From an uncultured Gemmatimonadales bacterium (lineage in GTDB: Bacteria > Gemmatimonadota > Gemmatimonadetes > Gemmatimonadales > GWC2-71-9), in contig CAVQSR010000001.1 of the NCBI GenBank assembly GCA_963716055.1, positions 838,791 through 902,790 of the forward strand: DNA of 64,000 nt. The letters run 5' to 3'. Both the position numbers and the translations under genes were made by a program. This document shows, piece after piece, positions 16,351-24,970 of the stretch (position 1 is the first letter of the stretch; the number at the start of each line of letters is the position of its first letter). Under the pieces are notes generated by a model. The model was not told the DNA's origin. It made no database searches and saw only the letters and a list, made by a program, of their open reading frames with translations.

Positions 16351-18104
16351 TCGAGTGCCCCCACTGCCACACGCCGCTGCCCGACGGCAGCCGCTTCTGC
16401 TACGCGTGCGGGGCGGACCAGTCGGACGGCGCCGGCGGCGGCCCCCCCACCGAGCTCGAGGCGCTGCAGCGGCGCCTGCAGCGGGCGGTCCACGGGAAAT
16501 ACGAGGTCTCGGGCATCCTCGGCAAAGGCGGCATGGGTGCGGTGTTCCTCGCGCGCGACGTCACGCTCGATCGCGAGGTCGCGATCAAGGTGCTGCCGCC
16601 CGAGGTATCGCTCGATGCGCGGCTCGTCCAGCGGTTCCAGCAGGAGGCGAAGACGGCGGCGAAGCTGGACCACACCAACATCATTCCGATCTACCGCGTC
16701 GAGAGCGACGGCGGCATCAACTACTTCGTGATGAAGTACGTCGCGGGGACGTCGCTCGAGGACTTGCTGGAGGAAAAGAAGGCGCTGCCCACGGACTACA
16801 TCCAGCACGTGCTGTGGGAAGCGGCCTGTGCCCTGGGGCATGCGCACCAGCGCGGCATCGTCCATCGCGACGTGAAGCCGGCGAACATCATGTTCGATCA
16901 CGACGGGCGCGTGATGCTCACGGACTTCGGCATCTCGAAGGCGCTCCAGGCCGCGAGCGGCTTCACCGGCACGGGGATGATCATCGGCACCCCGCACTAC
17001 ATGGCCCCCGAGCAGGCCAAGGGGCAGACCGTGGACGGGCGGGCCGACCAGTACGCGCTCGCCGTGGTGGGCTACCGCATGCTCACGGGCCAGCTGCCGT
17101 TCCGCGGGGATTCCGTGCATTCGATCCTGTATAAGCACATCTTCGAGGACCCGCCGCCGCCGCGGGACGTGCGCAAGGACGTGCCCGAGTTCCTCGCGGT
17201 GGCCATCCAGCGCGCCCTGGCGAAGGACCCGGCGCACCGCTTCGCGACGATGGAGGACTTCGCCACCGCGGTGTGGCCGGAGCAGCCCGTGTCGGCGAGC
17301 CGCAGCGGCCCGATGACGCGGCCGCGGTCGCAGGCCGCGCTCTCGTCCGAGGTACCGACGGAGAAGTTCGCCACCACGCCCCCCGCGGTGGAGCGGCGGT
17401 CGGCGCCGCGCCCCACGCCGCGGCGCGAGCCGAAGTCCCGCGCGGGCGTGGGCGTCATCCTGCTCGTGCTCGCGGCGGGTGCGGGCGCTGCCTACCTCGT
17501 GCTCGGGGTGGGGATCGGCGGGCGCACGCCGGCGCGCACGGCGCAGCCCGCGGCTGCCGCGGCCCCGCTCGTGGTGGACGTGCGCGTGACACCGGCGACC
17601 GTGCAGCTGCGCGTGGGCGGGGTGGCGGTGCTCGCCGCCGCGCCGGTCGATGCCCGCGGCCAGCCCGTACCGGGCACGCCCGTCTCGTGGGTCTCCGCGC
17701 AGCCGCAGGTCGCGCAGGTCGATGGCGCCGGCCGCGTGACTGCCGTGGGACCCGGGCTCGCGCTGATCGAGGCTCGCGCCGGCGCGGTGCGCGGCCAGGC
17801 CGCGATCCAGGTGGCGGTGCCGGACGCCCAGACCGCGCCGCCGCCGCGCGTTCCCTCGCCGGCACCGTCACCCGGCGCCGCCGCCGAGCAGTGGGGCTAC
17901 GTCTCGATCAATGCCACGCCGGCTGCCACCGTGTTCATCAACGGCGTCGAGGCGGGAGAGACGCCGATCGGCAATTACCGCGTGCGTCCCGGACCGGTGA
18001 CGATCCGGGTGGAGGCCCCGGGGTACCGCACCGTGACCCAGCAGGTCACCGTGGAAGCGGGTGCCCAGGTGCGCCGGACGATCTCGATGATTCCGGAGGG
18101 ATGA
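16335..18104 (+). CDS. Ser/Thr protein kinase with N-terminal zinc ribbon, TM, extracytoplasmic Big_2 and PEGA domains (start codon uncertain)
   Basis: Track ORF 16533..18104 starts at a Met inside the glycine-rich loop (LGKGGMGAVF). The same frame is open from the stop at 16284 and encodes ECPHCHTPLPDGSRFCYACG upstream. That stretch has no ATG, GTG or TTG. ATC 16335 lies 8 nt after GGAGG (16322..16326). Kinase motifs are HRDVKPANIM, DFG and APE. C-terminal motifs are VRVTPATVQLRVGG... (Big_2) and GYVSINATPAATVFINGVEAGETP (PEGA). Confidence 0.85.
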   Translation: MAAPVVECPHCHTPLPDGSRFCYACGADQSDGAGGGPPTELEALQRRLQRAVHGKYEVSGILGKGGMGAVFLARDVTLDREVAIKVLPPEVSLDARLVQRFQQEAKTAAKLDHTNIIPIYRVESDGGINYFVMKYVAGTSLEDLLEEKKALPTDYIQHVLWEAACALGHAHQRGIVHRDVKPANIMFDHDGRVMLTDFGISKALQAASGFTGTGMIIGTPHYMAPEQAKGQTVDGRADQYALAVVGYRMLTGQLPFRGDSVHSILYKHIFEDPPPPRDVRKDVPEFLAVAIQRALAKDPAHRFATMEDFATAVWPEQPVSASRSGPMTRPRSQAALSSEVPTEKFATTPPAVERRSAPRPTPRREPKSRAGVGVILLVLAAGAGAAYLVLGVGIGGRTPARTAQPAAAAAPLVVDVRVTPATVQLRVGGVAVLAAAPVDARGQPVPGTPVSWVSAQPQVAQVDGAGRVTAVGPGLALIEARAGAVRGQAAIQVAVPDAQTAPPPRVPSPAPSPGAAAEQWGYVSINATPAATVFINGVEAGETPIGNYRVRPGPVTIRVEAPGYRTVTQQVTVEAGAQVRRTISMIPEG

Positions 18105-19144
18105 GGCGGGTGGGGCTGAGACTCGCGACCGTGCTCGCGGCGCTAGTCGTGCCCGCCGCCGCGGCGGCGCAGGCGGCCGGCGGGGGGCCGGGCGTCCAGA
18201 ACGCCACGCTGCGCCGCGCGATCAGGGCGTACGAATCGGTGGACTTCGACCAGACCCTGCTCGTCGCCCGGCAGGCGCTGCGCGAGCGCCTGACCGCCGC
18301 CGAGCGCGCGCGGGCCTACGAGCTGCTGGGGTTCGTGTTCGCGGCGACGAACCAGCCGGACTCGAGCATCGGCGCGTTTCGCGAGATGATCCTGCTCGAC
18401 CCGGACCGCGAGCTGGGCCGCGTGTCGGGCCGGATCAACGGATACTTCCAGGCGGCGCTCAGCCAGGTGCTCGTGGTGCGGCAGCTGCGCGTGGACTCGA
18501 CCGCGTTCGTGGCCGGGCAGGGGTTCCTTCCCATCCGCTACTCCGTGACCAGCTCCGCGCGGGTGCGCACCCGCGCGGTGAGCGGGGACGTCACGATCCC
18601 GATCGACTCCGCCGTCACCGTCGGAGTGGTCAATCTGCGCTGGCGCGCGCAGGGACCGGACGGGCGCCCGGTGCCGCCGGGCGACTACACCATCCAGGTC
18701 GAGGCCACGGGTGCCGGCCAGAGCGCGTTCTCCGCCGCGCGGCAAATCCGCATTGCCCACGGCAGCGTGGACACGCTGCCCCATCTCACGGCGCTGCCGG
18801 GATACGACTCGCTGCCGGCAACGGAAATCCCGCCCAAGAGCTGGCGGCCGCTCGGGCTGGCCTTCCTTTATACGGGCGTCGCGACGACCGCGGCCGTGGT
18901 GCTGCGGGGAGATCTCGATCCCGCTCCGGGCGCGCTCGTCGCCATCGGCGTGGGTACGCTCGTCACCGGGTTCGTCGCAAGTCTCCGCAACCCCGCCCCG
19001 CGGCCGGCTCGCGCCAACATGCTGTACAACGACCTGCTGCGCGAGCAGATCGGCCGGCGCAACGCGGAGATCGCGCGCGAGAACGAGGCCCGGCGACAGG
19101 CCGTCGAGATCCGCGTCACGCCGCTCGACGGCGGGCCGCGATGA
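18101..19144 (+). CDS. Secreted or membrane protein with TPR-like and FlgD-Ig-like segments and C-terminal TM helices
   Basis: This is the 3' part of track ORF 17273..19144, starting at ATG 18101 (ATGA overlap with the kinase stop). Signal is MRRVGLRLATVLAALVVPAAAAAQA. It has VVNLRWRAQGPDGRPVPPGDYTIQVEA. TM segments are LGLAFLYTGVATTAAVVL and ALVAIGVGTLVTGFVA. Confidence 0.75.
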   Translation: MRRVGLRLATVLAALVVPAAAAAQAAGGGPGVQNATLRRAIRAYESVDFDQTLLVARQALRERLTAAERARAYELLGFVFAATNQPDSSIGAFREMILLDPDRELGRVSGRINGYFQAALSQVLVVRQLRVDSTAFVAGQGFLPIRYSVTSSARVRTRAVSGDVTIPIDSAVTVGVVNLRWRAQGPDGRPVPPGDYTIQVEATGAGQSAFSAARQIRIAHGSVDTLPHLTALPGYDSLPATEIPPKSWRPLGLAFLYTGVATTAAVVLRGDLDPAPGALVAIGVGTLVTGFVASLRNPAPRPARANMLYNDLLREQIGRRNAEIARENEARRQAVEIRVTPLDGGPR

Positions 19145-19791
19145 GACGGGCGCTCGCCACGCTGCTGCTGAGCGCGGCCGCCGCCGCGCCCGCCGCGCTC
19201 GCGGCCCAGCGCCTGACGATCGGCATCGCCGGCACCGGTGGCGACTACCGCGAGATCTCGAACGCGCTGCGCTACGAGGTATCGGGCATCGCCGGCGCGG
19301 CGGTCCTCACCGTCGGCGGATTCGCGGCCGAGGGCGCCGTCATGGGGCTCACCTACCGGCCCGCAGCGGGGAGCGCCGCCGCCGAGGAATTCACGGCGAC
19401 TCAGTTCGACGGGTACCTGCGCTACCGGGTGTACCGCGGCGTGAGCCTCGAGGCGGGGATCACCCACCGCCGGGTGGACGACGAGTTCAAGGCCCAGTCC
19501 GTCGCCGCAATCCGCGTCGGCGCGCGCTCGGCCGTGCCGCTCGGCCGCGGAGCCGGTGCCGCCGTCCGGGTCAACTACCTGGCCGGCGCGCGGTTCTCGG
19601 GCGGCGGCTCGGCACCGCTCGCCCTCGACGTGGGGCTGAGCTTCCACTACGGCTTCGGCCGGGGCCGCGTGCGCCTGACCGGGGACTCGCAGTTCCTGCG
19701 GTTCAACCGCCAGGTGAACGCCGGGGTCGGGGACCAGGACGCACCGCTGCAGCAGATCCTCGGCCGGCTGGGCCTGGCGGTCAGCTTCTAG
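19141..19791 (+). CDS. Small outer-membrane beta-barrel-like protein
   Basis: 216 aa with ATGA overlap to the previous gene. Signal is MRRALATLLLSAAAAAPAALAAQ. It shows alternating amphipathic strands and a C-terminal ...LGLAVSF (terminal Phe). Confidence 0.7.
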   Translation: MRRALATLLLSAAAAAPAALAAQRLTIGIAGTGGDYREISNALRYEVSGIAGAAVLTVGGFAAEGAVMGLTYRPAAGSAAAEEFTATQFDGYLRYRVYRGVSLEAGITHRRVDDEFKAQSVAAIRVGARSAVPLGRGAGAAVRVNYLAGARFSGGGSAPLALDVGLSFHYGFGRGRVRLTGDSQFLRFNRQVNAGVGDQDAPLQQILGRLGLAVSF

Positions 19792-20554
19792 CGTGCGGCG
19801 CCGCGCTCCGCGGGGCATCAGGGTCGTGGTCTTCATCCCGGACTGCGGGTCGGACGGTGCGGCGGCGGAGCCACCACACGCCCAGCAGATCCACGATGCC
19901 GACGGCCAGACGATCCAGCATCCCGTAATGCGAGACCCCGCGGCGCCGCGGGCGGTGGCTGACCTCGACCGACTGCACGTCCCATCCGCCGCGCAGGAAC
20001 AGCGCGGGGAGAAAGCGGTGCATGTGGTCGAAATGGGGCACCGCGAGAAACGCCTCGCGGCTGAACACCTTGAGGCCGCAGCCAGTATCGGGCGTGCCGT
20101 CGCCGAGCAGGCGCGCGCGGACGCCGTTGGCGACGCGGGACGAGAGGCGCTTCAGGGCGGAGTCGTGCCGCCGCCGCCGGTGCCCGACCACGAGGCGCAG
20201 GGCGGGCCGGGCGGCGGGGCCGCGGACCAGGGGAAGGAGCCGGGGGATGTCCGCGGGGTCGTTCTGGCCGTCACCGTCCAGCGTGGCGATCCACGGGGCG
20301 CGCGCGGCATGGACGCCCGTGACGAGGGCGGCGCTCTGCCCGCTGCGGGCCGCGTGGCGCACCACGCGCAATCGGGTGTCGCCCTGCGCCAGCGCCGCGA
20401 GGCGCTCCGCCGTGCCGTCGTCGCTGCCGTCGTCCACGAACACGATCTCGTAGTCCACGTGGCCGTCCAGCGCCGCGTGGATCTCCCGCACCAGCGGCGC
20501 GACGTTGTCGGCCTCGTTGTGGGCCGGGATGACGACGGTCAGTTCGGTGGACAC
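19781..20554 (-). CDS. Family 2 glycosyltransferase (polyprenol-phosphate sugar transferase-like)
   Basis: Track ORF 19781..20587 runs into a tRNA, so it is trimmed to GTG 20554. It reads VSTELTVVIPAHNEADNV..., VFVDDGSDDGT, LDGDGQNDP. Confidence 0.8.
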   Translation of the reverse strand: MSTELTVVIPAHNEADNVAPLVREIHAALDGHVDYEIVFVDDGSDDGTAERLAALAQGDTRLRVVRHAARSGQSAALVTGVHAARAPWIATLDGDGQNDPADIPRLLPLVRGPAARPALRLVVGHRRRRHDSALKRLSSRVANGVRARLLGDGTPDTGCGLKVFSREAFLAVPHFDHMHRFLPALFLRGGWDVQSVEVSHRPRRRGVSHYGMLDRLAVGIVDLLGVWWLRRRTVRPAVRDEDHDPDAPRSAAPHARS

Positions 20555-20562
20555 GCGCGGGA

Positions 20563-20636
20563 TGCGCCAGGCGGGATTCGAACCCACGACCTTCGGCTCC
20601 GGAGGCCGACGCTCTATCCAGCTGAGCTACTGGCGC
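20563..20636 (-). tRNA. tRNA-Arg (anticodon CCG)
   Basis: RNA sense is GCGCCAGTAGCTCAGCTGGATAGAGCGTCGGCCTCCGGAGCCGAAGGTCGTGGGTTCGAATCCCGCCTGGCGCA. It folds as a cloverleaf with anticodon loop CTCCGGA. No CCA is encoded. Confidence 0.95.
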
Positions 20637-20743
20637 GAACAGGCTGCAAGATAGCGGCCCCCCTCCGCGGGCGGCAGGCCGCGAACCCGCCGGCACCGCC
20701 CCGCGGTGACCCGGGTCACTTCCCAAGGCCCCCCCTCCTCCCC

Positions 20744-22066
20744 ATGATTGGGCGTCCCCCCGGACGAAAGGACCCTGTGCGTTATCGCCTCGTGGCCGCC
20801 CTCCTGGGCGGTGCCGCCATCGCGTTGCCGCCGCCGCCTGCCGGCGCGCAGGTCATCGATGCCGGCACGATCAACCGCTACAACGTCGCCTACCGCGCGC
20901 TCCCGCCGCGCCCGGTGACCGGTCAGCGGCCCAAGGTGACCATCCCGATCCCCCTCGGCCTGATCCAGGTACTGCGCGACAGCACGGCGTGGGACCGGGA
21001 CTCGTCGTATTACAATCCGGTGCAGCTCGTCAACTACATCCTCAATCCGCCGCTCTACCTCGAGGTCAAGCGGGCGCCCACTCCCACGAACGACGTCGAG
21101 TTTTCCATCGCGCGCAACCAGTTGATCATCGACCTCGGCGCATCGCGCACGCTCGTGCCGGAGGCGTTCGAGCTCGGGGGATCGAGCCGGCCCCTCAACG
21201 TCGGCTACGGCATGGCCGGGTTCCGCGTGGGTTTGATGGTGTGGGTGCACAACGAGCTCGAGCTGCGCCTCGACGACTCGCTGCGGGCGGTGCTGCAGGA
21301 CGCCGCCCCCGTCCAGCCGAACTCGCGCTACGGCGTGACCGCCGCCGGCCTCGTCCAGGGTGGCGTCGCTCCCGAGGTGGGCTGGGGCGGGCGGGTGTTG
21401 GGCGACACCGCCGGGGGACTCTACGCGGGCGGCGCGGTGCGCTACCTCCTCGGCGCCGGCTACGCCCGGGTCGGCGGAGCGGCGGGATTCACGACGGGCG
21501 ACACGATATTCTCCGACGTCAACCCGCTCACCGAGGACGTCGCGGGCCGCGTGCTGACGGCGGACCCCGCGCTCACGGCCGGCACCGGGGTGGGGCTGGA
21601 TCTCGGCGTCGTGTGGGCGGCGGGCCCGCTCGAGATCGGGCTGGGCATGACCGACATCGGCGCGACTCTCACCTGGTCCAAGACCACCGTCGATACGTTG
21701 ATCTGGGACGCCGACTCGAACCGGGTCGTGGACAGCACGCTCGCGCGCGACGTCGAGTCGAAAACGACCCTGCCCGTCTCGACCATCGCGAGCGCCGTCT
21801 ACGCGTTCCCGACCGGCACCGTCGTGCGGGGCGGCGTGTTGCGCAACAACCGCGGCACGATCCTGTCGGCGGCCGGGGAGCAGCGCCTCGGCGTGTTCAC
21901 GGTGCGCGCCGGCTTCACGCGCGACCAACGCGCTCGGATTCAGTACGCCTGGGGCGGCGGCGTTCGCCTGGGGCCCGTGGGCTTCGACCTCGGTTTCTTC
22001 ACCCACAGCCGGTCGCTCTCCCGGGAGCGGAGCATCACGATGGCGACCACGCTGTCCATCTACTGA
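20744..22066 (+). CDS. Putative outer-membrane beta-barrel protein, family not recognised
   Basis: This is the 3' 440 codons of track ORF 19793..22066. The upstream part is antisense to the GT2 gene and crosses the tRNA. Start is ATG 20744. Signal is ...RYRLVAALLGGAAIALPPPPAGAQ. The sequence is Gly/aromatic-rich with strand pattern and ends ...TLSIY. Confidence 0.7.
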   Translation: MIGRPPGRKDPVRYRLVAALLGGAAIALPPPPAGAQVIDAGTINRYNVAYRALPPRPVTGQRPKVTIPIPLGLIQVLRDSTAWDRDSSYYNPVQLVNYILNPPLYLEVKRAPTPTNDVEFSIARNQLIIDLGASRTLVPEAFELGGSSRPLNVGYGMAGFRVGLMVWVHNELELRLDDSLRAVLQDAAPVQPNSRYGVTAAGLVQGGVAPEVGWGGRVLGDTAGGLYAGGAVRYLLGAGYARVGGAAGFTTGDTIFSDVNPLTEDVAGRVLTADPALTAGTGVGLDLGVVWAAGPLEIGLGMTDIGATLTWSKTTVDTLIWDADSNRVVDSTLARDVESKTTLPVSTIASAVYAFPTGTVVRGGVLRNNRGTILSAAGEQRLGVFTVRAGFTRDQRARIQYAWGGGVRLGPVGFDLGFFTHSRSLSRERSITMATTLSIY

Positions 22067-22620
22067 TGAGCCGCCCCATGACCACGCACCGTCTCGGCGC
22101 GATCTCCCTGCTGGCGTGTCTCGTCGCCGCCTGCGGCGAGGGGCGCGCCATCCTCAACATCGACCTGCTGAGCTTCTTTCCCAGCGCCGCGCTCGACACG
22201 GCGTACTCCGTGCCCGGCGGGACGTCGCTCACGCTCGCGGTCAATCCCGTCGAGATCACGACGGTGGCGCTCGGCGGCTCGGTCATCGACTCGGCGCACG
22301 TCACCGTGGCCGCCGAGGTACGGAACACGGCGGGGTCGGGGTCCATCGAGTTCGAGGTGTACTTCGACGAGTCGGTGGTGACTTTGTTCGCGCCGGGGAA
22401 TCTCGTGGCCGCGGACACGGCGACGGTGAGCGGCGCCGGCACCGTAACGCTCGCGCCGCCGCCGTTCCGCGTGGGGGATCCCGCGGTGTTCACGAACGAC
22501 CGGTTCTGGGTCGGCGTGCGACTCGTGGGCAGCGCCAACGTGGGGCCGTCGATGACGGGGCGGGTGCAGGTCAGTGCACTCGGTGTGCAGATCGTGGTGC
22601 AGGACGAGTTGACGCCGTAG
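22066..22620 (+). CDS. Lipoprotein, hypothetical (184 aa)
   Basis: This is the 3' part of track ORF 20989..22620. ATG 22066 overlaps the previous stop (TGATG). Lipobox is LLACLVAAC. Confidence 0.7.
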   Translation: MSRPMTTHRLGAISLLACLVAACGEGRAILNIDLLSFFPSAALDTAYSVPGGTSLTLAVNPVEITTVALGGSVIDSAHVTVAAEVRNTAGSGSIEFEVYFDESVVTLFAPGNLVAADTATVSGAGTVTLAPPPFRVGDPAVFTNDRFWVGVRLVGSANVGPSMTGRVQVSALGVQIVVQDELTP

Positions 22621-22819
22621 GAGGTCGCAGGATTCCGAGCATTCACCGAGGGGTTACCAACGTTCGCACGCGGCCGTATAGTGAGGGGATGCACCGACGT
22701 TTGAGTACACCCGATTGATGCGCCGCTCGTCGACGGAGCCATTGTACAGTCTGCCGCGGGACTCTGGTGCGATCTGCCGGGGTCCCGCGTTTTTCTCTAA
22801 TGACAGGAAGGACGGCCGT

Positions 22820-24277
22820 ATGAGAGACGCAACAGCTCGTCGCTTCGCCCCCTGCACCCTGGCCGCCGCGCTGCTGGTGTTCGCAGCGGTACCGGCGCAG
22901 GCCCAGGAGACCGTGGTCGAAGCGCCTCAACGCCTGCGCGTGACGACTACGTCGGAGGAGGCGAGCCGCCACTTCTGGGCGGGGCTCACCGAGGCGCGTA
23001 ACTTGTTCCCGACCCGTGCCGTGGGCTACTTCGACCGTGCCCTCGCGCTGGACGGCGATCTCGGGCTCGCCCGCGTGGCGCGCGGCGTATTCGCACCGGG
23101 CCTCACCAGCGACGCGCGCAAGGCCGAAGTCGAGCGCGGGATCGCCACCATGACCACCGCGACCACGGGCGAGATGGTGACGGCGCTCGCGTTCCGCGAG
23201 TGGGTGGGCGGCAACGCGCCCGGGGCGCGCACGCTGTTCACGACCGCGAGCGCGATGATGCCGGGCGACCCGGGGCTGGCGGCCTTTGCCGCCCAGATGA
23301 CGAATCAGGTCGAGGGACCCATGCAGGCGCGCGAGGCGTTCCGCGCCGTCACCGAGCGATTCCCCGACGATGGGCCAAGCTACAACAGCCTGGCCTACGT
23401 CTCGTGGTCGACGGGTGACCACGCCGCCGCGTTCGCGGCGGTGAAGCGCTACGTCGAGCTCGCCCCCGACCAGCCGAACCCGCACGACTCCTACGCCGAG
23501 CTGCTGCAGTGGGATAACCGCTTCAGCGAGGCGCTGGCGCATTACAACCACGCTATCCAGATGGATTCGAGCTTCACCGAGGCGTACATCGGCGTAGCGG
23601 AGGTCATGCAGCTCACGGGACGCGGGGCGGAGGCACGCCGCCAGATCCAGCGCGCCATGCCCCGCGCGCCGTCCACGCCGGCGCGTCTCAATTACATGCG
23701 CGCCGTCGCGCACAGCTTCCTGCTGGATGGACGGCTCACGGAGGGGATGGATCAGCTCGCGACGGCGGCGCGTGAGGCGCAAGCGGACAACCGCAGCAAC
23801 ATCGCCGCGGAGGCGTACCGCCAGATGGCGCTCGCCGATGCGATGCTGGGGCGCGGTACGGCGATCGCGGGGCACCTCAAGGCGGCCGGCGACGTCGGCG
23901 GCGCCGACACGCCGGCGCAGCTGGCCACGGTCGCCATCGCGCACGGCACGGCCGGTGATCTCGCGACGGCCCGCGCGGCGGCGCAGCAGCTCGCCGCCAC
24001 GGCGGGGACGAGGACCTGGGTCACCAACCTCGCGCATACGGCCAACGCGGTCATCTTGCTGCGGGAGAACAAGGCCACCGAGGCGCTAGCAGAGTTGGCC
24101 GCGGTGGACAGTGACGATCCGTTGGTTCGGGCCTTGCGGGCCGAGTGCCACCGGGCCACCGGCGGCACCGCGGAGGCCCGCGCGCTGCGCGGCCAGGTCG
24201 TCAACGACCCGGCCTTGAACCTGATGTCGAGTTATGAGACGCTGGCTCGGATCCGGGCCGCGCGCCTCAAGGTCTGA
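22820..24277 (+). CDS. Secreted TPR-repeat protein
   Basis: Track ORF 22715..24277 trimmed to ATG 22820, which is preceded by AGGAAGGA. Signal is MRDATARRFAPCTLAAALLVFAAVPAQAQ. TPR-like helix pairs repeat throughout. Confidence 0.8.
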   Translation: MRDATARRFAPCTLAAALLVFAAVPAQAQETVVEAPQRLRVTTTSEEASRHFWAGLTEARNLFPTRAVGYFDRALALDGDLGLARVARGVFAPGLTSDARKAEVERGIATMTTATTGEMVTALAFREWVGGNAPGARTLFTTASAMMPGDPGLAAFAAQMTNQVEGPMQAREAFRAVTERFPDDGPSYNSLAYVSWSTGDHAAAFAAVKRYVELAPDQPNPHDSYAELLQWDNRFSEALAHYNHAIQMDSSFTEAYIGVAEVMQLTGRGAEARRQIQRAMPRAPSTPARLNYMRAVAHSFLLDGRLTEGMDQLATAAREAQADNRSNIAAEAYRQMALADAMLGRGTAIAGHLKAAGDVGGADTPAQLATVAIAHGTAGDLATARAAAQQLAATAGTRTWVTNLAHTANAVILLRENKATEALAELAAVDSDDPLVRALRAECHRATGGTAEARALRGQVVNDPALNLMSSYETLARIRAARLKV

Positions 24278-24345
24278 CCGCTGAGCCGGGCGCGCGGTCC
24301 GCAGACCAGCCGCGCGCCCGAATCGGGGGAGCGGGTCCCCCCAAC

Positions 24346-24384
24346 GACAATGCTCGACCACCGCACCGGTGGTCGAGCATTGTC
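24346..24384. terminator. Perfect 18-bp hairpin between the convergent TPR gene and the tRNA cluster
   Basis: GACAATGCTCGACCACCG-cac-CGGTGGTCGAGCATTGTC. There is no U-tract on either strand. Confidence 0.5.
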
Positions 24385-24392
24385 TCACTCAG

Positions 24393-24467
24393 TCGGGGCG
24401 AGTGGATTTGAACCACCGACCTCCTGGTCCCGAACCAGGCGCGCTAACCGGACTGCGCCACGCCCCG
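24393..24467 (-). tRNA. tRNA-Pro (anticodon CGG)
   Basis: RNA sense is CGGGGCGTGGCGCAGTCCGGTTAGCGCGCCTGGTTCGGGACCAGGAGGTCGGTGGTTCAAATCCACTCGCCCCGA. Anticodon loop is TTCGGGA. Confidence 0.93.
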
Positions 24468-24469
24468 CA

Positions 24470-24543
24470 TGCGCCCGGAGGGACTCGAACCCCCAACCTC
24501 TTGATCCGTAGTCAAGCGCTCTATCCAGTTGAGCTACGGGCGC
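24470..24543 (-). tRNA. tRNA-Arg (anticodon ACG)
   Basis: RNA sense is GCGCCCGTAGCTCAACTGGATAGAGCGCTTGACTACGGATCAAGAGGTTGGGGGTTCGAGTCCCTCCGGGCGCA. Anticodon loop is CTACGGA. Confidence 0.93.
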
Positions 24544-24589
24544 GAGTCCCACTGCGGACCAGCGAATGCCATCCGCAATGTCTCACCAG

Positions 24590-24663
24590 TGGGCGGTACT
24601 AGACTCGAACTAGTGACCTCCACGATGTCAACGTGGCGCTCTAACCAGCTGAGCTAACCGCCC
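24590..24663 (-). tRNA. tRNA-Val (anticodon GAC)
   Basis: RNA sense is GGGCGGTTAGCTCAGCTGGTTAGAGCGCCACGTTGACATCGTGGAGGTCACTAGTTCGAGTCTAGTACCGCCCA. Anticodon loop is TTGACAT. Confidence 0.93.
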
Positions 24664-24741
24664 GATCGAAGGCGGACAGCCAGTCAGGCGGTGCGGCGGT
24701 CGGCCTGACCGCCTGTCCGCCCGTCCGTCTGTCCGCCCGAA

Positions 24742-24815
24742 TAGCGGGGGTGGGATTTGAACCCACGACCTCCGGGTTATGAGCCCGGCGAGCTACCAGA
24801 CTGCTCCACCCCGCG
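24742..24815 (-). tRNA. Initiator tRNA-fMet (anticodon CAT)
   Basis: RNA sense is CGCGGGGTGGAGCAGTCTGGTAGCTCGCCGGGCTCATAACCCGGAGGTCGTGGGTTCAAATCCCACCCCCGCTA. It is near-identical in layout to E. coli tRNA-fMet. Positions C1/U72 are unpaired, and three G-C pairs (GGG/CCC) close the anticodon stem. Confidence 0.9.
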
Positions 24816-24840
24816 TCGCTTGTATCTCGTGCCAGTCGAG

Positions 24841-24913
24841 AGCGGGAAACGGGACTCGAACCCGCGACCCCAACCTTGGCAAGGTTGTGCTCTACCAACT
24901 GAGCTATTCCCGC
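24841..24913 (-). tRNA. tRNA-Gly (anticodon GCC)
   Basis: RNA sense is GCGGGAATAGCTCAGTTGGTAGAGCACAACCTTGCCAAGGTTGGGGTCGCGGGTTCGAGTCCCGTTTCCCGCT. Anticodon loop is TTGCCAA. Confidence 0.93.
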
Positions 24914-24970
24914 GTCGCGCCTAATCTAACCGGCCGCCCCGAGCCTCCACCACCCCTGGGCTGGTCACCG

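Noticed and set aside
16140-17237. Track ORF 16140..17237 (-, 365 aa) and ORF 15893..17134 (+, 413 aa) overlapping the kinase
   Set aside because: They are shadow frames. The kinase frame has the full set of Hanks motifs.
20563-20636. tRNA-Arg(CCG) as an integration site for a genomic island
   Set aside because: I saw no integrase, no duplicated tRNA 3' fragment and no compositional break on either side. The flanking genes look like ordinary envelope genes.
19793-20743. 5' 317 codons of track ORF 19793..22066, plus other long ORFs such as 20627..22006 (-) and 20989..22065 (+)
   Set aside because: The region is antisense to the GT2 gene and crosses tRNA-Arg(CCG). The coding-looking sequence with a signal peptide starts at ATG 20744.
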